Positions 38,945 through 52,637 of a stretch of 64,000 nucleotides of DNA are shown here, piece after piece. Below the pieces are notes generated by a model that was not told the DNA's origin, made no database searches, and worked only from the letters and a program-made list of their open reading frames with translations. This DNA comes from Stegostoma tigrinum. Taxonomy: Eukaryota. The number at the start of each line of letters is the position of its first letter. Position 1 is the stretch's first letter. Location: NCBI RefSeq assembly GCF_030684315.1, contig NC_081366.1, positions 18,605,410 through 18,669,409 of the forward strand, in the 5' to 3' direction. The position numbers were made by a program, and so were the translations under genes.

Positions 38945-41074
38945 GTGTATCATTATCCTCCTTTTCATATTTACAACTGGTATATACCCAAGAGTCCTCA
39001 GATGGACTCAAATTATTAGATCTATTTCAAAATGTTACTCAAGGCATATTAATTTAGACTGCAAATCTGGCTGAGGATTCAGGAGAACATCAGTCTTCTG
39101 GATCTGCCAAGTAGTTTAATGTTTAATTGCTAGACGAAACCTTGAACTGGAGCTAATTAAAGCTTACAAAATCCCAGAAAACAGACTGTAAACTTTACAG
39201 TAAATCTTTTATGGATTCAGAAAATTAATTCAGCTGGCAGAATATTGGTGATTTGAAGTGTCAAATGCATTTTGAATCTAAATTAGCATTCAAATTCTAA
39301 TTTAGGGTTTAGCGAGTAAGTTGGTTTATTAATTTTAATTTGTGCAGAGCCGCATCATTTACCAGCTTTGACAATTTTTAATTTGTTCCTCCCCAAAGAA
39401 TACCTTTGTCTTTGTAATGGCATTGGGGTACTGTACACAGGTGCCTTGAAGTTTGGCATGGTTTGCACAAAGCTATAGAGTTTTCTAAACAAGATCACAA
39501 ATGTGGCCAGCTTATTTGATCACGGATCTCTTCACAGCAGAGGCAAACTATTACCTTTACTTATGCTGTGAGTAAAGGCTGGAGAAGAAGATACTGTTTA
39601 AATAAAAGTATTTGACGCTGTATTGTGAATGTTTTTGATAGAGCAAATGAGGAGAAAAAAGTGTTCGAGGGCGAAGGCTGGCAATCAGAAGACGCACATG
39701 TGTGGTAGCTGGCAGCAACAGCTGGAGGGAGGATGAAGTAAAATTCATGTATAGTTGACAAAGAAAAACAATTAAATCTAAGAATTAAAAATAGAAAACA
39801 AGGCTGGCTGTATCATTCCTCCAAAGAGATTACACAAATAGATTGGGCTGAATCACCTCCTTTGGCACAGCATCATTCTATGGATCCAATGAATATGCAC
39901 CCCTATATGCTCCAGTTACAATCCCTTTAGATAATTAGGCTGGGTTTTATTTCCAGAACTGCCATCCAGGCTACAAGCTAATTCCTCATAGATTGGAGAA
40001 TCTACTTAGGAGCTCCTGGCTGTTGTGGTGAGTACCAAACCAAGCCATATCTAACAATTTCAGAGGCTTATTTATTTAAAATTGGGAGTAGTTTTAAATT
40101 TTCATTGCCTCATTGACTTTTGATGTTAGGAATTAATTTCACTATCACCATTTAGCATTGCCTCCAGTGAAATATTCTATACTGATGCTTCAACTAGTTT
40201 ATTACTCATGAAACACACTTAACCAAGTTTTCTTAACTGTGTGAGATAAATGAAGGACTGCAGTTAAAACTTTGTTTTATTAAAACACTCACAGGTTAAA
40301 GAAAACAGCTCTTACTCAGATTGACTTTTCTCAAACTGGGCTGACTACCTGACAAATACATGTACTCCCTGCTCTGGTGAACTTGATTGGGCTGCGAGAT
40401 TCAATTGCACTCAGGGTCTTCTTGGTACAAGGGTGGTTCTCACACAGAGTCTTCACCTGCTGAGTATTCACTGAGGCAATGGCAGCCATATGTCCCTTCT
40501 TATCCCCAGCATTCTGCACCATTCTGGAATGTCTCTGACTTCAGCCTATGGGGTCACAGGACAGGGGTGACAATCCCCAATGAGATTATGTCAAGTCAGC
40601 TAACACCCTTTTCCAAAGTATGATTACTCTATGTGCTAAGGGGTCTGGTTAAAACTGGAAAATACACAATGTCATAATGTCTCCCCCTATTGTCCTAGCT
40701 GAATACCTCTTAATGAGTTCCAGGTAACAACTCTCCCATTGTTCAATAAGCAACACAGGTCTGGGTGATCCCTGTTTGCTTTTGACCTGTGGTAACCCTG
40801 TCCTCTTTGCATTCCATCAGGCTTTGCCTGTAAAAACTATTTAGCCAACTTCATAATGAGTCTCGTTGCTTAGGCTGTTGACCACTTGACCACAGCATTA
40901 CTGCGCAAGGTAAAATTCACCAAATGTGATGTAATGCCATTGGCCACAGCTCACTGTTGTGATTACTTTGTAAACCAGTCCGAAGAAACTGGATAAAGAA
41001 GAACAGTAGGATAGGTCAATAGGATTAAATGATGATCTTACAGGAGAAAGAGGTGATAGACAACCTTGAAGAGT

Positions 41075-41600
41075 TATAGAATTATATAGTACGGAAACAA
41101 ACCTGTTGGCCCAACCCGTTCATGCCAACTAGATTTACTAAACTAAACTAATGCCATTTGCTTCCATTTGACCCATATCCCCCTAAACCTTTCCTATTCA
41201 TGTACCTACCCAAATGACTTTTAAATGTTGTAATTACACCTGCCTCTACCACTTCTTGTGGTAGCTCAGTCCATAAATGGACCACACTATGTGTGAAAAA
41301 GTTGCCCCTCAGATCCCTCTTAATCCCTTCCCCTCCCAACTTAGACCTATGCTATCTGGTTTTGGACTCCCTTACACTGGGAAGTAAGACTTTGGCTGTT
41401 TTCCTTATTTATGTCCTAATGATTTTCTTGACGTCTGCAAGGTCACATCTCAGCCTCCTACACTCCAGGGAAAGGAGTTCCAGCTTATCCAGCCTCTCCA
41501 TGTTACTCAAACTCCCCCAGTCTTGTTAACATCCTTGTAAACCTCTTCTGTGCCCTTTCCAGTTTAATAACAACCTTCCTATAGCAGGGTGACCAGAATC
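41075..41600 (-). mobile_element. CR1-type LINE 3' fragment
   Basis: RGNFFTHSVVHLWTELPQEVVEAGVITTFKSHLGRYM, the canonical CR1 ORF2 C-terminus. Confidence 0.88.
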
Positions 41601-42449
41601 TTATTCATTGTTGGGCATCATTGACGGGATTGGTGCTCTGTAGTGCATTCCTTGAGAATGCAGTGGCAATTTGATTCAGCCAAATGGCTTGTCGTCATTC
41701 AGTTAGATAGTGTAATATTGCAAATGAAAAAAAAATCTCCGAAGAGAATCTGTCAGTAGGCTCAAAACAACTACTGTCGACAGTATTCAAGTCTCAATGA
41801 CGTATTTTATGACTGGAATAAACAGTTGAGGTCGTGACAGACCTCCCGTCTTTGATCAGATAAATAAGGGAGTTTAAAGTTGGTGTAAATATAATTTGGA
41901 GCAGTGAAGCAGGAGTATTAATCAGGTCATAAAAAATACTTATTTTAGAACACAGCAAGCAGCCAAGATTAATGTGTTCTTGGATAATTCTAAGCATTAT
42001 AAAATTCATAGTCTGTTTAATAGTTTAGAAGCAAAGATTCAATTTGGGATGAAATAATTGGACAAAACATTAGTGCCAAGTTCTTTATACATCACCTGGG
42101 AGGCAGCTGTGGGATGTTGATGCTCTTTCCTCAATTTGAAAAGTTGCGCTGTTTTCTTCAGTATATGCATGGTGAAAATACCTTCCCCGTACAAGGTATC
42201 AGACGTGAATTCTTCTTCATATGCAAGACAAGTTTGTTGTAAGCAATATCTGGAAGAACTTGATGGAGGACTGCAGCAGACTTGGGCAAAGAATAACAAA
42301 GTAATTTTGGCAGAGATGTTAGGAATAAAAGTGGCCAATTAAAGAACAGCTGGATCTCTGCTGCTTTTGTACTGATACTGATTCTTCAGGCAAACCAACG
42401 TACTCTAGACTTATTTTAAATATGCAAACTGGAGCTATTGTTATGAAAC

Positions 42450-42570
42450 AAAGAACTGTTGGAAATCTAAAACAAAAACAGAAGTTGCTGGAGAAACTCA
42501 GCAGGCCTGGCAGTATCTGAGTAGAGGAAGCAGACTTAACGTTTCAAGTCCAATGACCATTTGTCAGAAC
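42450..42570 (-). mobile_element. Solo pLTR end of the 15097-15605 PLE family
   Basis: Minus strand gttctgacaaatggtcattggacttgaaacgttaagtctg...cagatactgccaggcctgctgagtttctccagc. Confidence 0.75.
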
Positions 42571-43284
42571 ATTACCTTAGGCTAGTGTTCTTCACTACTC
42601 ACTGCATGTGCCTTAAATGAAATCCTGACAATGCAAACTCATTATCTGTGTAGGTTCAGAACATTTAAAGAAGCCAAGTGCTCGCCAGCATGAGTCTCCT
42701 CCAACAACTGGCAAAATAGTATTTTAGCATTGGTTCAGAAATACCAATGAGAATATCGTCAGTATAAAAAATTACTTCCAGCATACTGGAGAGAAAAAAA
42801 GATGAAAAGTTTCTTCAATGTCTTGACCTTCTTGGTTGCTTTACAGATCCCTGAACGACCCACTTTCAACATCAGGCACCTACCCTTAAGGCTTCCTTCT
42901 CAGGCTTTTCATCAAGACCCTAAACTCCTACCCCCATTCTGGACCTAACTTCTACTCCCAACATTTAGACCTATACACATACCCGATTCTGAAGTCCAGG
43001 ACCTAGCACCTGACGGTGCCCACACAGTCTAGGGCACAGCTGCCCCCTTACTATTGACACCACATGGCTGCTGACCATTAGACTGACTGACAGCTGAGAC
43101 AGGATGTCTATCTGAGTGAGGGTCAGAAATCCTTTCTGCAGTCACTTAATGCTCCTTAGAGCATCAAATGACTGTAGGACCACAATGGTTGGTGAGGACG
43201 TATTCTCAAACTCACTTTGGTCCATGAATGGTAAATCTTAGCATCTATAAAAACCTGACCTATACGTTCTGTCCCATAAATTTT

Positions 43285-43785
43285 CAAATAGAAACAGAAA
43301 ATGCTTGAAAAAGCCAACAGGTTAGACAACATCTGTGGATGGAAAAATGTTAATGTTCCAGATCAATGGCCTTTCATCAGAACTTAAACAACTCTGTTTC
43401 TATCTTCTCAGACTTGGCCTGAGCATTATAAAATTAGGATGAGGAGCAGGAGTAGGCAATTCAACTTGTTGAACTTACTCCACTATTTGATACGATCATG
43501 GCTGATCCCACCTTGACCTTGATTCCAATTTCCTGCCCACTCCCCATAACACATTCAACATATTACTGATTAAAAATATGTCAGTCTCTTCCTTATTTTA
43601 CTCAGCTCCAGGTATTCACCGCACTCTTGGGCAATGAATTCCACATATTTATGACTCTTTAAGAGGCATAGCTTCTCCTCATCTGTTTTAAATCTGTTCA
43701 CCCTTACTCTAAAGCTCTGAGCTGCTGCATATTTCCAGCATTTTCCACTTATATTTCAGATGTCCAGCACCAACAGTATTTTATT
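43285..43785. mobile_element. Old fold-back pLTR element split by a CR1 3' fragment (~43425-43715)
   Basis: Left arm ends cctttcatcagaact (43384); right arm aactctgtttct... resumes ctgctgcatatttccagcattttc at 43722. Confidence 0.55.
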
Positions 43786-44634
43786 TGTCTACATGTTTCG
43801 ATATTGCCTGAAGTATTGATTCAAAGCTGCTCACTCTTTTGAATTTTTTCACTTGAGATCTCTGTTTTTTGCAACTCTTCACAACATTCTTTTTTGCTTT
43901 CTGTTGCTGAAAATTCAAAGAAAGCACTTATTTGAAATAAGGTGCAGGAGAAATGTGAGAAATAGTCTATGATTAGTATAGGTTAGGAGGAACTTGGGAG
44001 ACACTGTGGTCCTATGATTCTCAAATAATTTTAAAACTAAGGTTTTGCTTGAGTCATGTCTGTGCCTGACCAATAGAGGTTTATCATTCTGGAAAGTTAA
44101 CACTGCATTATTATTAATTATCATTTGGTTATGCAGCGAAGTTTAAAAAAATAGAACTGCTGAGAAAAAGAAACATTTTTTCAAAGATAACTGTCAGTTG
44201 ACATTAACTTGTGCATTCTCCTTAAGAATGTCTCTATCAGTCAGATTCCGTTTGAATCAACCCAGCACGTGCCTGTCATACAGCATATCTGTTGCTTCCC
44301 TGTAAGACCATAAGAAATAGAAACAAGAGTTGGACGTTTAGCCACTCAAGCCTGCTCCACTATTGAAATGAATCATTACTGAACCGACCTTTGCACTTAA
44401 GCCTTGATTCACCTCCCAATCAAGATTCTGTTTCAGCTTTAAATATACACAAAAATTCTGCGTCCTCAGGTCTCCATGGCAAGGAATTCTTTAAATTGGT
44501 ACCACTTTATTCTGAGACTATGCCCTCTGGTCCTATACTGTCCCATGAGGGAAGCCATCATCTCATCATTTACCCTGTCAACCTCCTTTTGAACCCTATA
44601 TGTTTTAATGAGATCACCTCTCACTCTTCTAAAT

Positions 44635-44687
44635 CCCAGATAACAAAGTGTGGGGCTGGATGAACACAGCAGGCCAAGCAGCAATCT
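44635..44687 (-). mobile_element. PLE pLTR short-end fragment fused to a SINE tail
   Basis: agataacaaagtgtggggctggatgaacacagcaggccaagcagca directly abuts (agatt)n. Confidence 0.85.
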
Positions 44688-45007
44688 AGATTAGATTAGA
44701 TTCCCTACAGCGTGGAAACAGGCCCTTCGGCCCAACAAGTTCACACTGCCCCTTGGAGCATCCCACCCAGACCCATCCCCCTATAACCCACACACCCCTG
44801 AACTCTAGCGGCAATTTAGCATGGCCAATCCACCGAGCCTGCACATCTTTGGACTGTGGGAGGAAACTGGAGCACCCGGAGGAAACCCATGCAGACACGA
44901 GTAGAATTTGCAAACTCCACATGGACAGTCGCCCGAGGCTGAAATTGAACCCGGGTCCCTGGTGCTGTGAGGCTGCAGTGTTAATCACTGAGCCACTGTG
45001 CTGCCCC
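44688..45007 (-). mobile_element. HE1/V-SINE-like SINE, full length
   Basis: Head ggggcagcacagtggctcagtg, B box ggttcaatttc, (aatct)n tail. Confidence 0.92.
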
Positions 45008-46305
45008 AAGTAAATCACAACCTGTTTTGCTTTCACTCATAAGACAACCTTTCCATACCGAGGATCATCCCAGTAAACTTTTTCTGAACTGCCACATGAT
45101 ATCCTTCCTTCAATTAAGGTGAACACCACTGTTTTACCTTGGTATTCCTTGCAAATTGTCCCAGATGAGTACAAGACAAATGGCTCCAATAAAATGGGTC
45201 TTATTTTCAGCAGAAATTACATACTGCGAGAATATTGATATATTATCATGTGACTATTAGGATGGCAGAAAATGAAATAGATGGGCATTGCCATTTTCAT
45301 TTGTCACATCATATGTTCCAAATAATTAAGTGCTTGGTCCTGCTCATTGCTTGTACTGAAGATATGCTGTCAAACCTTTCCCATTGCCACTTTCCCACTG
45401 TGCAATGTAGTTTTTAAAAAGCTAAGAACTGAAAATAGAACAAAGTAGAAGCAACAATAGAATTCAGAAGTATGGAAAAATACAGGACAAAAAATTTGAA
45501 AATAACACGTTACATCTAAATATTGTTGCTACTTCCGCGATGTACAGATACCTGTCATGCTAAAGATGTACAGTGTAGAACCTATGCATGTGATTAAGCT
45601 GCCTTTTATTTGGTGCTCAGTTGGGAGCCTTTTGGTTCAATTGTAACTTATCTAATCATGTGTGAAAATTGAAATTACCTAATCAGCTATTGAAATACAC
45701 CAGTCTTGACTGGTTTGCAGAGTGCATTACAGAATGTGAACATTAGCAAGAAAGATTTTAAAAACTATCCTTACTAATTGAATGATACAACAGTTCATAA
45801 AATCAAACAAGTTACTGAGCAGGAGCTCAGGTTAGGGGTCTGAGAATAGTGCACAATGAAACTCAGAGTCCCAATAAACAGAATGCATGTAACATTGAAA
45901 ACCTACACTGTATCATTGACCTGCTTGAAGACAGTGAACAGCTCCACACATGTTTGCATAATGTGACCACATTCTTGACCAGCAGAACATTAGAGATCAC
46001 ATAAATTGCAACTGGTTTCAAGGCCGTGGATCATATCACTGTTGGATACCAGTTTGTGCAGTTGACAACCACTAATGCCTCTTTCTGAACGCTGAGTCAC
46101 ACAAACTCATTGTAGGGCAGAATTCAGAACAGATCACATTCTCCCTTCACTCCTTCATTTCACCTTAAATTAAATGGATAATGGTATAAATTTTATACTT
46201 GCAACAGCAACCAGAAACAACAATTCATCCCAAAAATTCCCCTCGACTCCATGTGTGTATTCTGCTTTATAACTGCCTTGGAAAATATTCTGAAGCTTCT
46301 CCTAA

Positions 46306-46425
46306 TTGTTCCGATGATATGTCATCAACAGAAATGTTGAGTCTGTTTGTCTCCACAGAACTGCCTGAGCTACTGAACTTTTAGTTTATAATTCCAGATT
46401 TCAGCAATCACAGTATTTTGGTTCT
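46306..46425 (+). mobile_element. Old solo pLTR end beginning at a decayed hammerhead
   Basis: gttccgatgatatgtcatcaacagaaatgttgagtctgttt.tctccacaga...ttccagatttcagca. Confidence 0.55.
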
Positions 46426-47237
46426 ATATTTTAGTCTCTGTCACAGCTAACTGGGTACAACGCTAGAAATTAAGGCTCAATATTTCCACCATGTCCACAA
46501 ATGTGAAAAATTAATGAAATAATCAAATATCCCAAATTGTCTCTGGCTAACTGCTACCCAGCGCAAAACCAAACCGCAGCAGGTTAGTTTATTGTTTATT
46601 GTAACACATTTAACAAGAACAGTAAAAGAAAGGGATTTTTAATTTATATTAATTAAACTTCATCCCATTAAAATTACTACACTCGCACAAAAATAAACAG
46701 GCGAAAGACAAATATTATACGCAGAGGAAAAGGTATATTCAGCAGAGCACCATTATATACACCAGTCCAAATTGCAAAACTAGATGAGTTGGTTTCACTC
46801 TTCTTTCGATTATTGATCAGACCACAATGTTTTCAGTAGAGCAATAATTAATCTTTTGTTCACTGCTTGGATCAAGAATCTTTTCTTTTGGATTTTAGAG
46901 TTATTTCTTTAGTGCTTCTGAATGGAGCTTTTTAGTTTCCTTTGTGTCTTAGTATTTTCTTTTTTAGTATATAAATGGAGTTTTTCCTGTTCTTTTGACT
47001 GAAAATTGGACAGAGCAAGTTTACAAGGAAAGGGAAGAGATAGACAATATGAACAGATAGCTGTTTGTGTTGGTGGTGGTAGGGGAAAGGTGCTGTGGTG
47101 TTATTGTAACAGAGGGAATACTGGTTTAAGGGTGTCAGGGGTTGAGGTCAGTGAAAGTGAGTGGGGAAGGTGTTGCAGGCAGTAGTGAGTGTGTTAGTGC
47201 ATGAGCCTGAGTGGGAAGTAAGTACAGTAGTAGAGAC

Positions 47238-47395
47238 TGAAAGAACAGCAGATGCTGTAAATCAGCAACAAAAGCAAAGTTTCTGCAAAAGTGCAACAAG
47301 CCTGGCAGCATCTGTGAAGGAAGAAAAACAGAGTTAATAGAGTCACCATACCCAAAATGTTAACTCTGTTTTTACCTTGACAGCTGCTGCCAAAC
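47238..47395. mobile_element. Old fold-back pLTR element of the 15097-15605 family
   Basis: ggcagcatctgtgaagg...aaaacagagttaa vs ttaactctgtttt.accttgacagctgctgcc. Confidence 0.7.
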
Positions 47396-49299
47396 AATGG
47401 GAGAGACAGTGTGTGAGAGTTTGGAGAGGAAATGGTGGATCTTACATTGACAGAATGAAGGGTATCATTGATGTTCTTCCTACAATGCTGAGCATTCCTC
47501 CAGATTGCTGAGACTACACCGGATTGGGTGGCAATATTGGACAAGGTTGGCATGGTTTGGTCATATGGCCTCCTCTACAGATTCTCAAGGAATGGGACAT
47601 TACGCTTCGCAGCACCATGTTCAGCAAGACCATCATGCCCCTGCCCACACAGCAGGCTGCCAATATCCTCTCGTCCAGGACAAATGTGAAGAACCATGCA
47701 GTGCAGTTTCAGATTGACAGTATCTGCCTAGATGCACAACTTGCTTTTCAAGATGCCAGTCTTTCAGCAGGTATCCATTGAGTGGTGATTGTTCTGAGAG
47801 CAGTATGTGGTAATATGGGTGAAGAATCAGTGAGAAATATGTAGGTAGGTCGTTAATAAGATAGATTTGGTAAGATATGACAAGAAGCCCTCCAAATCTA
47901 TCTCAATCCACTGCATCTCGCACTTAGTCAAAAATTACAAGTTGCTTCTTACACTTCCTAATTGTCTCTTGCCAAGATGAACTCAGTTAAATGTTATAAC
48001 ATTTAAACAAGCTTACATCTTGATTTGCCTCCTACATTATTTGTCTTGACTAGTTGCTTTCCTGAACATAACTTCTTTTTGGGACAAAACAATGCAGCAG
48101 TAACTTTCATATCCCAGGCAATGTGTCACTATATATAGATTAAAATAACACCAGCTATTTGATTAACATAAGCTATTAAACCCTCATAGATAGGTAGCCC
48201 AATGAAGGTAACAGTGGGTAGTGAGAAGCAGGTTATCTGAATAAATCCTTTCATGGAAAGTTGCAATGCTGGCGTTGGTCATGTTTCAGACAAGTACAGA
48301 AGCAGAGATTGTTTTCACTATTAGCAAAGTGATAGGTGGGAAGGCATTAATCAGATGTAAGAATCTGTATTACATACTGACAGCCAACAGATGAGCCTAG
48401 ATAACATACACAAATCCTTGGAGCTTAAGAATAGTCAGATATGGTAAGATTTAATTGCTAGTTTTAGGAAATGAAAAGTTTGTTTAGATAGAAAAGGTTG
48501 TCAGCTACAATGTTTAATCAGAGGAAGAAAGGTCCAATTTGAATTAAGCAATGTGATTTTGACAGGTAGTCTATTGCTGATGTTGAAATATCTGATCAAA
48601 TTTATGCTTTTTTTCATTGTCAAGGATATAAAAATTGCAAAGGGAGATTTATACAGCAGTTTGAATGAAATATTATGTTTATAATCACTGCATTGTGTGT
48701 AATGCTTCAAAATATTTGCATTGTAAAGTATTTAAATTAAATTTCTTGAAATGTTTCAATTTGCCTATCGCAGGTTGTCATGCCCATGGTTATCTTTAAA
48801 GTGATACGGTTTGTTTCTGATTAAATGGATAAGTTTCAAACCGGTGAACAATACCAGTGATGTTCATCAACTGTTTCTGAAATTAGTTCTCACTGAAGAA
48901 GGTATGGCTCTACCTCACAGAGCCTTTCCATTGTGATATAGTTTAGATTTGATGGTTATGGTACAGGAAGGGGGAGCTATGAAGTATGACATGTGATGCT
49001 GAAGTCGTTAACATTAATAACCCTTAAAAGCATTTTAATGAAGAAGGTCCTAGTTTCAGACTTTCTTTGGGAGGAACAGTACAATCTTGAGCTGGCCTTC
49101 CCATCAGGAAACTGACAGGATCAGATGAAATGTTCTGATAATACTGGGTGGAATGTGAAGCAAGTATTCAATCTGATCCTGTAAGTTCATGTCCATGGAG
49201 TTATCTTGAAGTAATTCATGATGACTCATCAGGCATTTGTGTGGGCTTTGTGATATTCTACACAAATGTGTTCATCCATGCTGCAGCAAAACTGTTATC

Positions 49300-49530
49300 A
49301 GTAAGATAGAGTCTAAGTGCCAACATGGCTTGGGTTGGAAGACCGCTGTTCTGGATTTTTATTTCCTCAATGCTGGGCATTTTACTTCTCTATTTTCTAA
49401 GATCTTGTAATTAATGAAGCTATATCTAAGTGCCTATGTGCCTAAGGATGGCGCTTTAAGTGGTGACAAATAACCTTTTCATTGCATTCATTTGAGTACG
49501 TGTGACAATAAAACTAATTCAATTTAATTT
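49300..49530 (+). mobile_element. 3' part of the 'gtacacgtgacaataaa' tail family
   Basis: gtgcctaaggatggcgc...gagtacgtgtgacaataaaactaattcaatt. Confidence 0.55.
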
Positions 49531-51014
49531 GGCAAGGCTGAGAATAATTAGCTTGTATGAGACTTTTACATTTTTGTTAACCAATCATGGTTAAAACCTA
49601 CCGGGCTGAACTCTCCCCGTCATTTCACTCTTGCTTCTTATCCCACATTTCTAAGAAATAATAATACAGGTACAGTTTGCAACGTTTATCAAAACACTCG
49701 TCTGCAAAAGAGCTGCCTCAACAATCTCTCAATGAGTTAGGAAATGTGAAAGAATCTTCTGCAGCAATATGATGAGCACCTGCCGAATGTTTCAGAGATT
49801 TAACTTGCTTATAACTTGAAATAACAGCTGCTATATTTACTTTTCATTGCGGGCAAAGTATTGTATGTATAAAACCATAAATTCTGAATGACAGGCTGTA
49901 TTTATTTATATGAAGGAATCACATAATATCCAAAGTTTTGTCGCAAATTCATGTCATGATTTACAACGGCCCATCATTTCCTTGATAATTTTCACGTGTC
50001 AGTTCTCTCTCCTTCTGCTGTGTAGGCTTTGATTGCAAACTGACACAACATGAACCAGTGCACTTAATGTTTTGTCATTCAAATGGCCATGATTCAGGCA
50101 ATTCTGATATAAGAGGCTAACTAACTAACTACAAAACAGATATCATCCTGTAAATTACTGACCATGTACTTTAGGAAGAGGGCACATAATAGCAATTTGG
50201 AATGGTGACTTGGACAGGTTTTTTTTAATTAATGAGCACTAATCAAGCACTCCGAATGCAGACCCACCTTTTCTGATCGTCAAAGGCTCTGCTACACACA
50301 GAGAAAAACTTGCTGAGATATTAATAATTACTGGTGAAGCCAATATTATTGTTGCAGTATTCAATAGAAGAACAACAAGCTAATATTGTCCCTAGGCACA
50401 CAGAAAAAATCCTTTCTAGCATGGTATGAACCCTGCTGCGCTTTAAGTAATTTATTTAAACTATCAAGAAAAGCTTTCCTCCAATGCATTATGTCACTGC
50501 ATAATTCCATTAAAATCTAAAGCTGTTTTGCTTTTTGTGCTACATTAATAAAATTAGTTAAGCGAATATTTAATTTTCTGGGAAGACATAGCTTAAAGGA
50601 TTATACTTAATCAAGACACAAGAATTTGAGCATCTTAAAATTTAAATGAATAGCGAGTGTTTATTGCAAGAAGGAAGTAAAACCACTTATATAAATAAAA
50701 ATTAATCCTATTTAGCTTCTGGTTTATTTTTCTCCTACATCAAATAATGAAATGTAATTAAAAATCATTTAGAATGCTCAACGGTTTCCTTATAAACATT
50801 GATAAGTAGGCAACATTTCTTCTTGCCAATCCAGATAGTTGCTCCTTTTGTCAAATACGTTTCACATCCACACAAGCTCACAGCCATTTCTGATGGTTGT
50901 AGACAAGATGAGAGTAAAATCTAGTGTGCAGAGTGAGCAAGTGGAGGACACAGCATTGTGGCCATGGAGAGAAGTAGGGAACTAAAGTAATTAAACAGCT
51001 TGTGATTATATTAG

Positions 51015-51161
51015 ATAATAAAGTGTGAAGCTGGATGAACACAGCAGGCCAAGCAGCATCTCAGGTGCTCCTGAGATGCTGCTTGGCCTGCTGTGTTCAT
51101 CCAACTTCACACTTTATTATCTTGGATTCTCCAGCATCTGCAGTTCCCATTATCTCTTATC
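51015..51161. mobile_element. 147-bp fold-back pLTR element lacking the hammerhead, 14-bp TSD
   Basis: Arms 51015-51065 and 51070-51120; tgtgattatattag at 51001-51014 and 51162-51175. Confidence 0.95.
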
Positions 51162-51239
51162 TGTGATTATATTAGTATTGGTTTCAGTAGTCAACTGTGA
51201 GGAGAAATGTCATTGTTCTCTGAACAGAACTAACGACTA

Positions 51240-52490
51240 GGGGCTGAAATTGTCTCATCTGTTGGGAGACTAATGGAACTCCTGAGAAAACAAGACAGAA
51301 CCAATTGATGTACCATTTCTGGAAGGTTTCTCGCATTTTCTTCAAATCTTTCTAGGGCCTCACTCTTCTGTACAACTGAAATGTCCTTTAGTTCCAAAAA
51401 ATCTTCCAAGATCTCTGTGTTCCTCAATGTGGTAAGATGCACATATGTATACAGGCAACAGGTGAAATTTTACAGGGGCCTGACAATATGGGCCATGATG
51501 AGCAATGTGACGGAGCTGCACAAGAAAGTGTTTCGTAGTTGTCAGCCAAGTCAAGGAAGATAGCCTTCAGTAAAGGGGTCTCCGCACAGTAAGTCAAGGG
51601 CAGCCTCTGATAACAGTCAAAGGGCCTGAACATGTTTCATCAGTTGTTCAGAGTGGTCAATGTCAGGATTCTGTCCTCATAAAGCATGCCGAGCTGAATG
51701 TCAAGCAGTTCAACACCCAGGATGACTCTTTCTGCTCTATTGTTGGCTACTTTCCCCCAGAAAGAATAAGAGGCAGGTATTAAGGAAGAAGAGAGTGTAG
51801 TACAATTGTTACTTGTTGGCACAGGTGGGAAGATGCCCTCAGCAAGTGAATAGGCTGTGCAAGGATATAGCTGCTGGGGATGAAAGCGAGTGAGCGAAGG
51901 GTAGAGCAGGTGCCTTGATAGGAGGTGGATATAGCAGCATAGGTACAGTGAGTATGAGTTATCAGAGAGAAAATTGTGGCATGTACCCTGAAAGAGTGGA
52001 GAAGGTCATTGATCTTTTTCCTATGAGGCTGGGCATTCGTCCACACAGCTGAGATGGCACTGGCTTAGTTGCAATGACCAAGCTGATGTGGTCTGGTGTC
52101 ATGACCTCCTCTGCTTCTCCTGAGGGAAGAGGAGTTCTCATCTCTGGAGGACTCTGTCCAATAACACTTTACTCACAAAGTCCAGCACAAATACCTCCTT
52201 CTCCACCATGTCAGGGTCAAATGTCAACAAACTGGTAGGGCAGCTTTGAGTGCGTAATGATCTTTTAAAGATTCCACTGGTCAATTTTGGCATAAACCAG
52301 TTGTTCTACATCCAGCAAGAGGTAAAATACAGAACAAATGAGTTGAAAGTGATGCCATAGGATCAGTGTTGGCCATTAATGAGGCAAATTTAGTAAGATA
52401 CAGCCAGAGATCTCATTCAACCTAGTGGTGAGAAATCCTCCATGAAACTGAACAAAACTGATTCTGAGCCAAAAAAAGTAGGATTTGGTC
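51240..52490 (-). mobile_element. PIF/Harbinger transposon remnant (Myb/SANT-like gene relic)
   Basis: Minus strand 52170-52005 reads LLDRVLQR*ELLFP...SAW...NAQPHRKKINDL, resembling the Harbinger-associated Myb/SANT domain; boundaries approximate. Confidence 0.5.
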
Positions 52491-52637
52491 TAAAAGCTTA
52501 GGAATGATGCAGAGGGTAGGATTCTACTTGAGTAGCTAGATTAAAAACCTCTCACTTGTAATCTAACAGATTAGATTACAATGGAGAGACTCTGAAGAGA
52601 GAAACAACAGTGTAGAATTTATACTAAGCCGAAGTGA

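Larger units (their letters stand above)
44305..45135 (-). mobile_element. Decayed CR1 3' fragment hosting the PLE-SINE chimera
   Basis: Minus-strand RRVRGDLIKTYRV...RTRGHSLRI motif. Confidence 0.75.

Noticed and set aside
39555-39578. Possible 24-nt minus-strand microexon (ttcttctccag|...aaag|gtaat)
   Set aside because: Splice-like signals occur by chance; no neighbouring exons or recognisable protein
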